Shown: positions 46,157 through 55,849 of the stretch, one piece after another | Layout: the number at the start of each line of letters is the position of its first letter | Position numbering within the stretch: the stretch's first letter is position 1 | From: a virus | Lineage: Duplodnaviria; Caudoviricetes | Length of the DNA: 60,338 bases | Virus record (IMG/VR): IMGVR_UViG_3300000401_000002 | Span: 1-60,338 of that record | Reading direction: 5' to 3' (one strand) | The notes under the pieces: model-generated | What the model saw: only the letters and a program-made list of their open reading frames with translations | What the model was told of the DNA's origin: nothing | Database searches by the model: none | Program-made: the position numbers and the translations under genes

Positions 46157-47411
46157 TTTAAAAAACAGTCCTAATTTTTGTGTAGCACCGTGGATGCATT
46201 TACATGTTATAAACGACGGCCGTTCTTTTGCATGTTGTCAAACACCACTACGTGACGAAAATAGCTTTGGTAATGTAAAAACTCAAACACTTGACGAAGT
46301 AGTTAACAGCGACCTTGCTAAGAAAATGCGTAAGGATATGCTAGATGGAAAGCCATTACCTAGTGCGTGTGAAAGATGTGTTGCTAAACAAAATCACAAT
46401 ATGAATACTATGCGTACTGGTTTAAACAGCAAGTGGTTTGATAAGACAAAAGATTTAATTGCTAGTACAGCAGATGACGGCAGTATACCTAAACCTCAAT
46501 TAAAGTATTGGGACTTTAGATTTAGTAACTATTGCAACCTTGCATGTACAACTTGTTCACCGTTGTTTAGTACACAGTGGGCAAACGACTTTCAAAAACT
46601 TCATCCGGGTGCAGACAAATATAGTGAAACTAAACTTATTGATCTAACAGAAGCAAATGTATTTTGGGACGATATTGAAGACAATATTGATACTATGGAA
46701 GAAATACATTTTGCAGGCGGAGAGCCTCTAATCATGCCCGAACACTGGCGTATACTTAAAATGTTAGATGAAAAACAGAAGTACGATGTTGAGTTGCGTT
46801 ATAGTACTAACGGTACAACATTAGGTAAAGGTAAAGAAAATATACTTGACTATTGGAAGAAATTTAAATATGTACATTTGAGTCTTAGTATCGACGGAGC
46901 AGGCGATGCATTTGAACATATTAGATACAAAGGCAAATGGCCTAGTACATTAGAAAACTTGAAAAAGATTAGGGCAAGTGGTGTTGCAGATTACTGGTTC
47001 CATCCTACCGTAAGTATTTTAAATATTTTCCGTATTACAGAACTACACGAAGAATTGCACAAAAATGATCTCATTCCTTTAGAAGCCATTCATCCTCAGA
47101 GAGGCTTTTATATGGAAAACTATTGGGTAGACAGATTCCATATTAATCCATTGTTTACACCAAACTATTACAGCATTACAGTTTTGCCAGAATTATTAAA
47201 AGAGCAAGCAGCTGACAAAATTACAAAGTATGGCAAGAAACTTGAAGCAGACACTGGCATTCCATTTAGCGGTTGGCAAAGCATTATCGATTTTATGTAT
47301 CAAGAAGATAAGAGCATGTTGTGGAATCAGTTTAAATGGAAAAGCAAACAAATTGACGATGTACGCGGCACTGATGTATTTGCATTAAATCCGGAGTTAA
47401 AAGATGTATAG
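46146..47411 (+). CDS. Radical SAM protein with N-terminal twitch domain
   Basis: FCVAPWMH..ACC..CERC; CNLACTTC; FAGGEP. Start moved to ATG 46146 (track used TTG 46131). Confidence 0.92.
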   Translation: MSDDLKNSPNFCVAPWMHLHVINDGRSFACCQTPLRDENSFGNVKTQTLDEVVNSDLAKKMRKDMLDGKPLPSACERCVAKQNHNMNTMRTGLNSKWFDKTKDLIASTADDGSIPKPQLKYWDFRFSNYCNLACTTCSPLFSTQWANDFQKLHPGADKYSETKLIDLTEANVFWDDIEDNIDTMEEIHFAGGEPLIMPEHWRILKMLDEKQKYDVELRYSTNGTTLGKGKENILDYWKKFKYVHLSLSIDGAGDAFEHIRYKGKWPSTLENLKKIRASGVADYWFHPTVSILNIFRITELHEELHKNDLIPLEAIHPQRGFYMENYWVDRFHINPLFTPNYYSITVLPELLKEQAADKITKYGKKLEADTGIPFSGWQSIIDFMYQEDKSMLWNQFKWKSKQIDDVRGTDVFALNPELKDV

Positions 47412-48231
47412 AGGTGACAGCCTAAAAACATTTCTTCCAGCTGCGCCAGCAACAGTAAAAACTCTTGAGGATTTGCGCCATTACGGCTCGGCTCATAAAG
47501 AAGTTGTAGGCAAATTTGATAGCACAGAGTCTGTGTTAGTAAAAGCAGTAAATGCATTTGAAGAAGAAAATGTTTCAGACGATGATTGGAAATATGAGTT
47601 TAACCAGTACCATTATAGAGGAATTTGGGACTTTGATTCTGATAGACCTAAATTAGGATTCTTTGGCTGTAGTTTTACATTTGGCGAAGGCATTGAATCA
47701 CAAGATACATTTGTTGAACTTTCAAGTGAACGCCTAATGATGAATCCATTTAACTTTGGCATCGGCGGCAGTTCAGTAGAGCGTGTTGCACGTACTTTTG
47801 CAGCAGTGAATAACGTAATAGATCTTGATTATGCAGTAATTACACTTCCTGCTTGGTATAGACAATTACACATTGACGTTAACGACTACGGAAAAATTAT
47901 TAATCTTATACCAGGTTATCCGCATAATGGATTTAAAAATTTAAATCAAATTTTTGATATAGTTGACGATGACTACTACATTAATCGTGCAGTTAGTTCT
48001 ATTAATTGGATTTATGATAGTGCTAAAGCACACAATGTAAAGGTTCTTTTTAGTTCCTGGGACCATCCGTGTAACGAGTTATGCGAGCTAATGTATCCTG
48101 ATAATACGTTAAAACCTTTCCCTAATATAGATGATAAGTGTGCAAGAGATAAAATGCACCCAGGACCAAAGTCTCAGTATGCCCATGCAGAGCAAATAGT
48201 AAAGGGTTTCCATGATAGAGCTTGGGTTTAG
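47404..48231 (+). CDS. SGNH/GDSL-like hydrolase (acyl esterase or transferase)
   Basis: FFGCSFTFGEG (block I Ser), NFGIGGSS (block II), RDKMHPG (DxxH). Confidence 0.7.
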   Translation: MYRGDSLKTFLPAAPATVKTLEDLRHYGSAHKEVVGKFDSTESVLVKAVNAFEEENVSDDDWKYEFNQYHYRGIWDFDSDRPKLGFFGCSFTFGEGIESQDTFVELSSERLMMNPFNFGIGGSSVERVARTFAAVNNVIDLDYAVITLPAWYRQLHIDVNDYGKIINLIPGYPHNGFKNLNQIFDIVDDDYYINRAVSSINWIYDSAKAHNVKVLFSSWDHPCNELCELMYPDNTLKPFPNIDDKCARDKMHPGPKSQYAHAEQIVKGFHDRAWV

Positions 48232-49177
48232 AAATCTTGAAAATAAAGTTGAATATATTCATATACAGCCAGACAACAGCGAAATTGCAAATGTTTGGTT
48301 AACTCAGTTTGACAGTTTGTTAGCAACTCATAATAAAAAGATATTCCAAAAGAATTTTAGCTTGTTAGGATTCCACAACGATTATCGAACAGTGGAACAT
48401 ATCTGCAATGACTTAGATAGAAGTATAGCATTAATCAATTATTACAGTGATTATAAGATAACAGAAAACTTTGGCCCTCTTAGATACGGCTATAATCAAG
48501 AGCTTTTAAACATACTGCATCATCATTTTGAAGTAACACAAGGACAGTTATGGAATCCTAGTAGTGTATTAGCAAATGCAAACGGGCATACACGACTTGC
48601 TATTTGTTATTTAAATCACTGTTGCCACGAATTAGAAGCGTGGTACGAAACTGAAAATATTAAAAATGATGGATATCGTAACGGTTACTTTTATTACAAT
48701 TTATTAGGTATTCAAGAAAGAATAGAACTTGATCCTAAATTTAAAAAACACTTTACTAAAGATGTTACAGACGGAATGGTGTACTTGCATTATGCACAAA
48801 CTGGAAAAACTTGGTTTGAAGCATATCTTGATAATGACGATGTAGTAGAAGACGCAGGCATATCTGAGCACAGAGTTATTAGCGGAGAATTTAACTGTTA
48901 TTTTGGAACAGGCTATGAACTGCCGTCGGATGATAAGTTCAGCGAATGGCTTGAGTCAAAAGGTGTTGATCCTACTGATGAACAACTAGGATTGGGTTAT
49001 GCTCCGGTAGGAAAAGTTGTAGATTTAGCAGACGGCGAAGCACAAGACTTTTTTAAAGAGTATACAGACTTTTATAGTATAGAGTATAATAATAAACGTA
49101 TAGAATATGATTTTAGACATAACGATGAATCCTATATTAAACTTCTTACAGAAATATGGGATAAGTGGGGACAATAA
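48212..49177 (+). CDS. Hypothetical protein with His/Glu clusters (possible metalloprotein)
   Basis: LNILHHHFE, LNHCCHELE, LHYAQTGKTW; embedded in the operon. Confidence 0.7.
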   Translation: MIELGFRNLENKVEYIHIQPDNSEIANVWLTQFDSLLATHNKKIFQKNFSLLGFHNDYRTVEHICNDLDRSIALINYYSDYKITENFGPLRYGYNQELLNILHHHFEVTQGQLWNPSSVLANANGHTRLAICYLNHCCHELEAWYETENIKNDGYRNGYFYYNLLGIQERIELDPKFKKHFTKDVTDGMVYLHYAQTGKTWFEAYLDNDDVVEDAGISEHRVISGEFNCYFGTGYELPSDDKFSEWLESKGVDPTDEQLGLGYAPVGKVVDLADGEAQDFFKEYTDFYSIEYNNKRIEYDFRHNDESYIKLLTEIWDKWGQ

Positions 49178-50142
49178 TGAGTATACCTAAATTAGAACGT
49201 GCAGTAGTAGAAGTGTTTGGCGGATGTAATTACAAGTGTCAGATGTGTCCTCAAACTACTGGAAGGGGTAAAGAATGGACACGCAAAATGCCTATGGATA
49301 TGTTTATCAATATACTCGACCAACTTCCCGGCAAGCCTGTGATTAACTTAGAAGGATCAGGCGAACCTACTATGGCCAAAGACTTACCGTTGTACATAGA
49401 AGAATGTACAAAGCGTGGATTTCCTAGTTTTATGTATAGTAACGGAAGTTTCTTTAGCGGACACTTTATGCAAGAATGTATTGATGCAGGACTAAGTTTT
49501 GCTCGTTTTAGTTGTATTGGATACAACAAAGAAAAATACAAAGAATGGATGAGCGAGGATAACTTTGATTTACTAAAAACAAATATCATAAAGGCAAAAG
49601 AATATATCAAACAAACAGATAGTGATTGTGTAGTAAGCAGCTACCATCTAATACTTGACAACAATCAAGTTGAATATGAAGTAGACCAGTATAGAAACAA
49701 TTTTATAGGGCCAACTGGATCAATAGGCTACATATGGAAGATGCATAACTGGAGCGGAAACTATCAACCTTTGTATGTACGAGATCCAAGTAAGCGCAGA
49801 ACTTGCGGACGTCCGTTTGCTCCTGAGATTACTATACGTAGTGGAGGTAACAACGGATTAAAGGGTGCAGTTACACCTTGTTGCCAGACAATGGGCCCGC
49901 CAAACGAAAGTAAAAGTGTACTAGGGCATGTACAAAATCAAACCATAGAGGAAATATGGTACGGCGATGAATATAATAAACTTCGCAAAGCACACGAGAT
50001 GCAAGATTTTGATAGTATTGACTATTGCAAAAACTGTGACTTTCTATACGATGATCCTGAAGTTCTTGTTTGGTCTAATGATAAAGATGCAACTCCGTAT
50101 CATATGCTAGGAACAAACTTTAGTTTAAAAGATTACGGTTGA
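49177..50142 (+). CDS. Radical SAM protein with C-terminal SPASM/twitch domain
   Basis: CNYKCQMC; LEGSGEP; C-terminal CGRPF..PCC..LG...IEEIW..CKNC. Start moved to 49177 (TAATG coupling). Confidence 0.92.
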   Translation: MSIPKLERAVVEVFGGCNYKCQMCPQTTGRGKEWTRKMPMDMFINILDQLPGKPVINLEGSGEPTMAKDLPLYIEECTKRGFPSFMYSNGSFFSGHFMQECIDAGLSFARFSCIGYNKEKYKEWMSEDNFDLLKTNIIKAKEYIKQTDSDCVVSSYHLILDNNQVEYEVDQYRNNFIGPTGSIGYIWKMHNWSGNYQPLYVRDPSKRRTCGRPFAPEITIRSGGNNGLKGAVTPCCQTMGPPNESKSVLGHVQNQTIEEIWYGDEYNKLRKAHEMQDFDSIDYCKNCDFLYDDPEVLVWSNDKDATPYHMLGTNFSLKDYG

Positions 50143-50167
50143 CAAAATAGGTTAAAATCTGTATAAT
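50139..50167 (+). promoter_or_regulatory. Perfect sigma70 consensus promoter, probably leaderless
   Basis: TTGACA (50139-50144), 17-nt spacer, TATAAT (50162-50167); ATG begins 7 nt after the -10 element. Confidence 0.85.
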
Positions 50168-50173
50168 AATAAA

Positions 50174-50851
50174 ATGTATGATATTGTCTTTATAAGTTAT
50201 AACGAACCACAAGCTGATGAAAACTGGCAAGCATTAAAAGCAAGATTTCCTAGAGCAAAACGTGTAGACGGAGTGAAAGGAATACATCAAGCGCATATTG
50301 CTGCTGCTAAAAAATGTTTTACTAAAATGTTTTGGGTTGTTGATGCTGACGCAAAAATTTTAGAAGATTTTAATTTTGATCATAAAGTAGACGAATACGA
50401 TTTAGAAACAGTGCATGTGTGGCGCAGTCAAAATCCTATCAATGATCTAGTATATGGCTACGGAGGGGTAAAATTATTACCTCGAAAACTTACTATTAAT
50501 ATGGATGTATCTAAAGCAGATATGACTACTAGTATTAGCAAGTTCTTTAAACCAATGCCAGAAATATCAAACATAACGGCATTTAATGTAGATCCGTTTA
50601 ACACATGGAAAAGTGCATTTAGAGAATGTGCTAAACTAGCAAGTAAAACTATTGATAGACAGAATGAGGATGAAACAAATGAAAGACTCGAAACTTGGAC
50701 AACCGTGGGACACGATAGAGACTTTGGTGAGTATGCGATACGAGGTGCTAGGGCTGGTATGCAGTTTGGCCTTTCTAGCAGCAATGATATTAAATTAATA
50801 AATGATTTCGAATGGTTGTATGAACGATTTTCAAAACATTCCGTGGGATAA
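50174..50851 (+). CDS. Putative GT-A-like glycosyl/nucleotidyl transferase
   Basis: YDIVFISYNEP...KRVDGVKGIHQAH...FWVVDAD...YGYGGVK...WKSAFRECAK. Confidence 0.62.
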   Translation: MYDIVFISYNEPQADENWQALKARFPRAKRVDGVKGIHQAHIAAAKKCFTKMFWVVDADAKILEDFNFDHKVDEYDLETVHVWRSQNPINDLVYGYGGVKLLPRKLTINMDVSKADMTTSISKFFKPMPEISNITAFNVDPFNTWKSAFRECAKLASKTIDRQNEDETNERLETWTTVGHDRDFGEYAIRGARAGMQFGLSSSNDIKLINDFEWLYERFSKHSVG

Positions 50852-51824
50852 TATTACAAGTTTTGGCCAGAAAACACTCCTAAAGAGCCATCTTTTTACA
50901 GTTTCTTGGATCTTGGCTAGATATTGTAATTATAACTGCTCATATTGCTGGCCATACGCAAGATCTAGTACCCCGGACCACCAAGATCTAGAAATTTACT
51001 TAAACACTCTAAATAGTATCAAAGCACAGGCTCGTGCAAATGGATATAAAGATTTCCACTTTAGTTTTAGTGGAGGCGAGCCAACTGCTTATAAATACTT
51101 TAGGGAGATCATAGATCATTACTGTAGTGATACAGCACCCGCTTATCAAAGTATACATATGACCACTAACCTAAGCCCAGGAAGCAAATGGTGGGGAACG
51201 TGGTTAGACCGCACTAAGACTTTGCAACGTAGAAGCATAACAGCAAGTTACCACGCAGAGTTTGCAAAAGAACAGGAGTTTGGAGATAAGTGCCTCCAAT
51301 TAATGAATGATGGTGTATTTGTTACGATCAATCAAGTCATGGTTCCAGAAATGTTTGACGAGCTTTACGACCGCTGTGAACGCTTTGCCTCCAGAGGTAT
51401 TAACGTCACTCTCAAGCCCCAGTCCGATCCTACCGCCAGCTTTGTGGTACATGGATATACGCCAGACCAGATCTCAAGAATGCAAACAGGATTTCCACAA
51501 AGAATCCCAGATCAGTACAAAAAGTTAATACCTTTGTATCAAGTAGAACTCACTGACGACAAAGGACAAACATACCATGTAGATCAAGCAGAACGTTTTA
51601 ATGCGTTTGGCTTTAACAAGTTTAAAGGATGGACCTGCAACGCAGGTTACCAAGGAATTGTAATACGCGAAAACGAAGTAAAGCGTAGTTACAGTTGTCA
51701 CGACGAACCGTTAGGAACACTTACAGACGGTTTTAGAATATTTGACACACCAAGAAAGTGTATTACACCTACTTGTGTTAGTTCGGCAGACTCAAAACTG
51801 CCAAAGGTAAGAAATGAAAGTTGA
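50820..51824 (+). CDS. Radical SAM protein with C-terminal Cys domain
   Basis: CNYNCSYC; FSGGEPT; NKFKGWTCNAG..SC..CITPTC. Start uncertain (50802 or 50820). Confidence 0.9.
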   Translation: MNDFQNIPWDNITSFGQKTLLKSHLFTVSWILARYCNYNCSYCWPYARSSTPDHQDLEIYLNTLNSIKAQARANGYKDFHFSFSGGEPTAYKYFREIIDHYCSDTAPAYQSIHMTTNLSPGSKWWGTWLDRTKTLQRRSITASYHAEFAKEQEFGDKCLQLMNDGVFVTINQVMVPEMFDELYDRCERFASRGINVTLKPQSDPTASFVVHGYTPDQISRMQTGFPQRIPDQYKKLIPLYQVELTDDKGQTYHVDQAERFNAFGFNKFKGWTCNAGYQGIVIRENEVKRSYSCHDEPLGTLTDGFRIFDTPRKCITPTCVSSADSKLPKVRNES

Positions 51825-52416
51825 ATTAGAAGACGTATTATTTTGGATGGATGCTATTCGCAACAGCGAAGATCGCTATCGTACATTAGAAAGTTTCTGG
51901 AAAGGACAAGTACACAGTAAACAATGGTTAGTAGAGCGTGTACAAGAATTAAACCTTTACGGCAATCAACGTATAGCAATCTACGGTGGCTGGAATGGAG
52001 TTCTTGCTAGTTTGTTATTTAATAGCAATATAGGTATTAGTCATATATCTAGTATAGACATTGATCCTTCTTGCGAAGAAATAGCAAATACTATTAACAA
52101 AAATTACGAAATGCGAGGTATGTTTAATGCAGTAACAGCAGATATGGTATATCATATGGAAACTGCTGATATTGTAATTAACACTAGTTGTGAACACATT
52201 ACACAAGAACAATACGATGTGTGGCTAAACAATCAATCAGACAATTCAATTATTGTTTTACAAAGCAATAATTATTTTGAATTAGATGAGCATATACGAT
52301 GCGCAACAGATTTAGATGATTTTACTCGTATGAGTAATATTACTCCTATATGGAAAGGTGTAATGGAATTACCTAAATATCAAAGATACATGATCATTGG
52401 CAGGAAGAATGTTTAA
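51814..52416 (+). CDS. Class I SAM-dependent methyltransferase-like protein
   Basis: IAIYGGWNG (motif I), SIDID (acidic motif II), TADM, VINTSCEH. Confidence 0.72.
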   Translation: MKVELEDVLFWMDAIRNSEDRYRTLESFWKGQVHSKQWLVERVQELNLYGNQRIAIYGGWNGVLASLLFNSNIGISHISSIDIDPSCEEIANTINKNYEMRGMFNAVTADMVYHMETADIVINTSCEHITQEQYDVWLNNQSDNSIIVLQSNNYFELDEHIRCATDLDDFTRMSNITPIWKGVMELPKYQRYMIIGRKNV

Positions 52417-53488
52417 ATTTAGCGAATTAGAAAATATACATTTAGAAATTACAAATCGTTGCCAAGCAAGTTGTCCTATGTGTAGTAGGAATTATCACGG
52501 TGGCTTAGATAACCCACTTATTAAAAACAAAGACTGGACACTTGATGACTTTAAACAAATTTTAAATACAAAAACTTTAGAACAATTAAAAGGATTTTAT
52601 TTTTGTGGCAATTTTGGTGACCCTATTATTAACGATGAGTTAATAGAAATGGTTGCATATTCTGCTAGTGTAAATCCTCAGTTAAACATTAGAATACACA
52701 CAAACGGTAGTGCTAGAAGCACACAATGGTGGACTGATTTAGCAAACGCATTACCAGAAACACATAATGTAATTTTTGCAATTGACGGCTTAGAAGATAC
52801 ACATAGTTTGTATCGTATAGGAACAAGCTACAATAAAATATTACAAAATGCAAAAGCATTTATTGATGCAGGCGGAACTGCTGAATGGTGCTTTATAAAA
52901 TTTAAACATAACGAACATCAAGTAGAAGAAGCTCGTAAAAAAGCAGAAGAACTTGGATTTAGTTTATTTGTTGAAAAGAATAGTAGCAGATTTATTGGAG
53001 AGCCAAAGTTTCCTGTATATGATAAAAATGGAGATACTACGCATTACCTAGAACCTCCTAGTAGTAGCGAGTTGCCTTACATTACAGAAGAAATGATTGC
53101 TAATTATAAAGACGTTTTGCGAGATGCAGAAATAGATTGCTATGTAAAGCATACTAAAGAAATTTACATCGACGCATATAAAAAAGTTTTTCCTTGTTGC
53201 TTTCTAGCAAGCACACCTTACAATTATGCTAAAACAAACGATATTACTGCTCCTGTAAGAAACGACATGAATTTACAATATATTGACCTAATAGAAAGTT
53301 TAGGTAACAACTATGCTTTAGAAGTTGACATAGAAGATATTATAAACTCTAATCAATGGCAAACCGTTTGGAAAGACTATTGGGGCAAAAACAAACTAAT
53401 TACTTGTGCAAGAACTTGCGGCAAAGTAAAAGAATTACCAAAGCCTAAAGATCAATTTATAAATGTAATAGGACTAAACAATGAGTAA
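52409..53488 (+). CDS. Radical SAM protein with C-terminal twitch/SPASM-like domain
   Basis: CQASCPMC; GNFGDP; C-terminal IDC..VFPCC..CARTC. Start moved to ATG 52409. Confidence 0.9.
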   Translation: MFKFSELENIHLEITNRCQASCPMCSRNYHGGLDNPLIKNKDWTLDDFKQILNTKTLEQLKGFYFCGNFGDPIINDELIEMVAYSASVNPQLNIRIHTNGSARSTQWWTDLANALPETHNVIFAIDGLEDTHSLYRIGTSYNKILQNAKAFIDAGGTAEWCFIKFKHNEHQVEEARKKAEELGFSLFVEKNSSRFIGEPKFPVYDKNGDTTHYLEPPSSSELPYITEEMIANYKDVLRDAEIDCYVKHTKEIYIDAYKKVFPCCFLASTPYNYAKTNDITAPVRNDMNLQYIDLIESLGNNYALEVDIEDIINSNQWQTVWKDYWGKNKLITCARTCGKVKELPKPKDQFINVIGLNNE

Positions 53489-54896
53489 ATGGTGGTACAA
53501 TGACGCAGATAGTCAACTAGGAAAGTATCAGCGAGAATTAGAAAGTGTAGCAGGTACGCCTACTTTTTGTGTGCTACCTTGGATACACTTTGCTACAAGA
53601 CCTAATGGTGACATGCGATTATGTTGCAGTGCAAATGCTAGTGGAGCAGGCAATGATCACGAAGTTGGTCTTGTTAAAATGGAAAACGGCAAGCCTGCAA
53701 ACTTTGGCCGCGAAACGCCTATGGAAGCATGGAATAACGACTATATGAAAAGTGTACGTACAACTATGCTACGTGGAGAAATTCCTGCAAGTTGTAAAAA
53801 GTGCTTTGAAGAAGAAAAGGTAGGCGTAGTTAGCAAACGTATTTGGGAAAGTGGCACTTGGCATCGAGACGAAGAAGGTGTAGATATTCCGGAACTAATA
53901 AAACAAACTCAAGAAGACGGCACAGTACCGGAAGAGTTAGTGTACTTAGATTTACGTTTAGGACATACGTGTAACATTAAATGTGTTATGTGTAGCCCTC
54001 ATGATAGTTCTAAGTGGGTAAAAGACTGGCAACAACTTATACCTGTTCTACAAGACGATAACGTCAAGCAACAAATGCAGTGGGACAAGAGCGAGTTTAA
54101 TAATAAGTGGCATGAAAAAGATACATTTTGGGAAGAAATGTATAGACAGATACCTAACCTAAAGCAAGTATACTTTGCCGGCGGCGAGCCTTTAATGATT
54201 AAAGAACACAAAATGTTTATCGAAGAAATACTGCGTCAAGGTTATCAAGACAAAATATTATTACGCTATAATTCTAATGGACTTCTTGTAGACGAAGATT
54301 TAATTGAAATGTGGAGCAAGTTTAAAAAAGTTAAATTTGCAATTAGTATGGATGCAAGTCACGAACGTGACGAGTATATACGTTATCCTACCGACTTTGA
54401 AACTGTAGAACGTACACTGCACATGCTTGACAACACTCCTGATAATATACAAACTAGTTTAGCAACAGCAATACAAATTTTTAATGTAAAGCATTTGCCC
54501 GACTTTATGAAATGGAAAGTTGAAAGCGGATTTAAAAAGTTAAATAGTGGCAATGTTCCGGGCGGAGTACAAATGGGCGGCGGACTAGTTAACATGCATT
54601 TGCTTTATATTCCTACCTTCCTAAGTATACAAATACTTCCTAAAGAAGATAAACAGGAAGTAGAAGAACGCTTTATGGACTTTAAAGATTGGCTATGGAA
54701 GAATTATAGACAAGATGATGATTATTGGAAAGTTAACCCATACGGCTGGAAACGCTGGGAAGCAGTACTAAAACATATGAACGCACAAGATAACAGTCAT
54801 CTATTACCAGGCTTTAAAGAATATACAAATAAGTTAGATGCTATTAGGGGTGTAAATGCTAAAACAGTATTTCCGGAGTTGGCGCATTTATTATGA
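53481..54896 (+). CDS. Radical SAM protein with N-terminal twitch domain
   Basis: FCVLPWIH..RLCC..CKKC; CNIKCVMC; FAGGEP. Confidence 0.92.
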   Translation: MSKWWYNDADSQLGKYQRELESVAGTPTFCVLPWIHFATRPNGDMRLCCSANASGAGNDHEVGLVKMENGKPANFGRETPMEAWNNDYMKSVRTTMLRGEIPASCKKCFEEEKVGVVSKRIWESGTWHRDEEGVDIPELIKQTQEDGTVPEELVYLDLRLGHTCNIKCVMCSPHDSSKWVKDWQQLIPVLQDDNVKQQMQWDKSEFNNKWHEKDTFWEEMYRQIPNLKQVYFAGGEPLMIKEHKMFIEEILRQGYQDKILLRYNSNGLLVDEDLIEMWSKFKKVKFAISMDASHERDEYIRYPTDFETVERTLHMLDNTPDNIQTSLATAIQIFNVKHLPDFMKWKVESGFKKLNSGNVPGGVQMGGGLVNMHLLYIPTFLSIQILPKEDKQEVEERFMDFKDWLWKNYRQDDDYWKVNPYGWKRWEAVLKHMNAQDNSHLLPGFKEYTNKLDAIRGVNAKTVFPELAHLL

Positions 54897-55849
54897 TTAC
54901 ACGAATTGAAAATAATCAAGATCCTGATCTAGTGCGTATAGAATATATGCCAGGAAATACTTGTAACCATAAGTGTTATTATTGTTTTCCTGGAAGCAAC
55001 GAAGGTAATATCGCTTGGCCAGACGTAGACCTTGTAAAAACAAATCTATCACACCTACTAAAGTGTTATGAACAAAACGGCAAGCCTAAAAGCAATTTGT
55101 ATATTGTAGGAGGTGAGCCTACATTGTGGAAGGGATTAGAAGAACTTTGTCAGTATCTAAAAGACAATCACGATATTATAATAGAAATTAGTACAAACGG
55201 CACACGCAAACTAAACTGGTGGAAAGAGAACGCAAAGAATTTTGACCATGTAGAAGTTAGTGTACATAGAGAATTTGCTAACCTTGATCATTTGGTTAGT
55301 GTATGCGATACACTTTACGAGGAAGGCGTATTTGTTAATGCAGATGTTTTAATTGATCCAGAAGCATACGATGAGTGTTTAGAAAATGTAGAATACCTAA
55401 AAAAGTTTGCTGCACACAAATGGCCAATAATAGCAAAAATTGTTCATTTTGACGGAACACATAGATACACTGAAGAACAATTAAAATATTTTGAAGACAC
55501 TATTAAACAGTATCCTACAAAAGAATGGTTTGAAGCAACTACTAGAAAACCATTGCGCGAAGTAAAGATATATTCTGATGAAGATGTTATTACTATTAAT
55601 AACGATAATTATTTGATTGCAAATAAATTAAATAATTTTAAAGGCTGGAAATGTAACTTAGGTGTAGACTTTATTAAAATATTTCCGGACGGACGAATAA
55701 CAGGAAACTGTCAACAAGCATTATTTGGAAACTTATACACGCCAAATTTTATTGATTCGTATAAGCCTATTATTAAACCGTTAACATGTAATAGAGATCT
55801 ATGTGTTTGTAGCGAAGAAACAGTAATAGAAAAATATGCCCGACTTTAA
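54893..55849 (+). CDS. Radical SAM protein with C-terminal Cys domain
   Basis: CNHKCYYC; VGGEPT; NNFKGWKCNLG..GNC..CNRDLCVC. Confidence 0.9.
   Translation: MITRIENNQDPDLVRIEYMPGNTCNHKCYYCFPGSNEGNIAWPDVDLVKTNLSHLLKCYEQNGKPKSNLYIVGGEPTLWKGLEELCQYLKDNHDIIIEISTNGTRKLNWWKENAKNFDHVEVSVHREFANLDHLVSVCDTLYEEGVFVNADVLIDPEAYDECLENVEYLKKFAAHKWPIIAKIVHFDGTHRYTEEQLKYFEDTIKQYPTKEWFEATTRKPLREVKIYSDEDVITINNDNYLIANKLNNFKGWKCNLGVDFIKIFPDGRITGNCQQALFGNLYTPNFIDSYKPIIKPLTCNRDLCVCSEETVIEKYARL

Noticed and set aside
48790-48815. AQTGKT in the 321-aa protein as a Walker A motif
   Set aside because: Lacks the G-x4-GK[ST] spacing with a preceding beta-strand Gly, and no Walker B is apparent.
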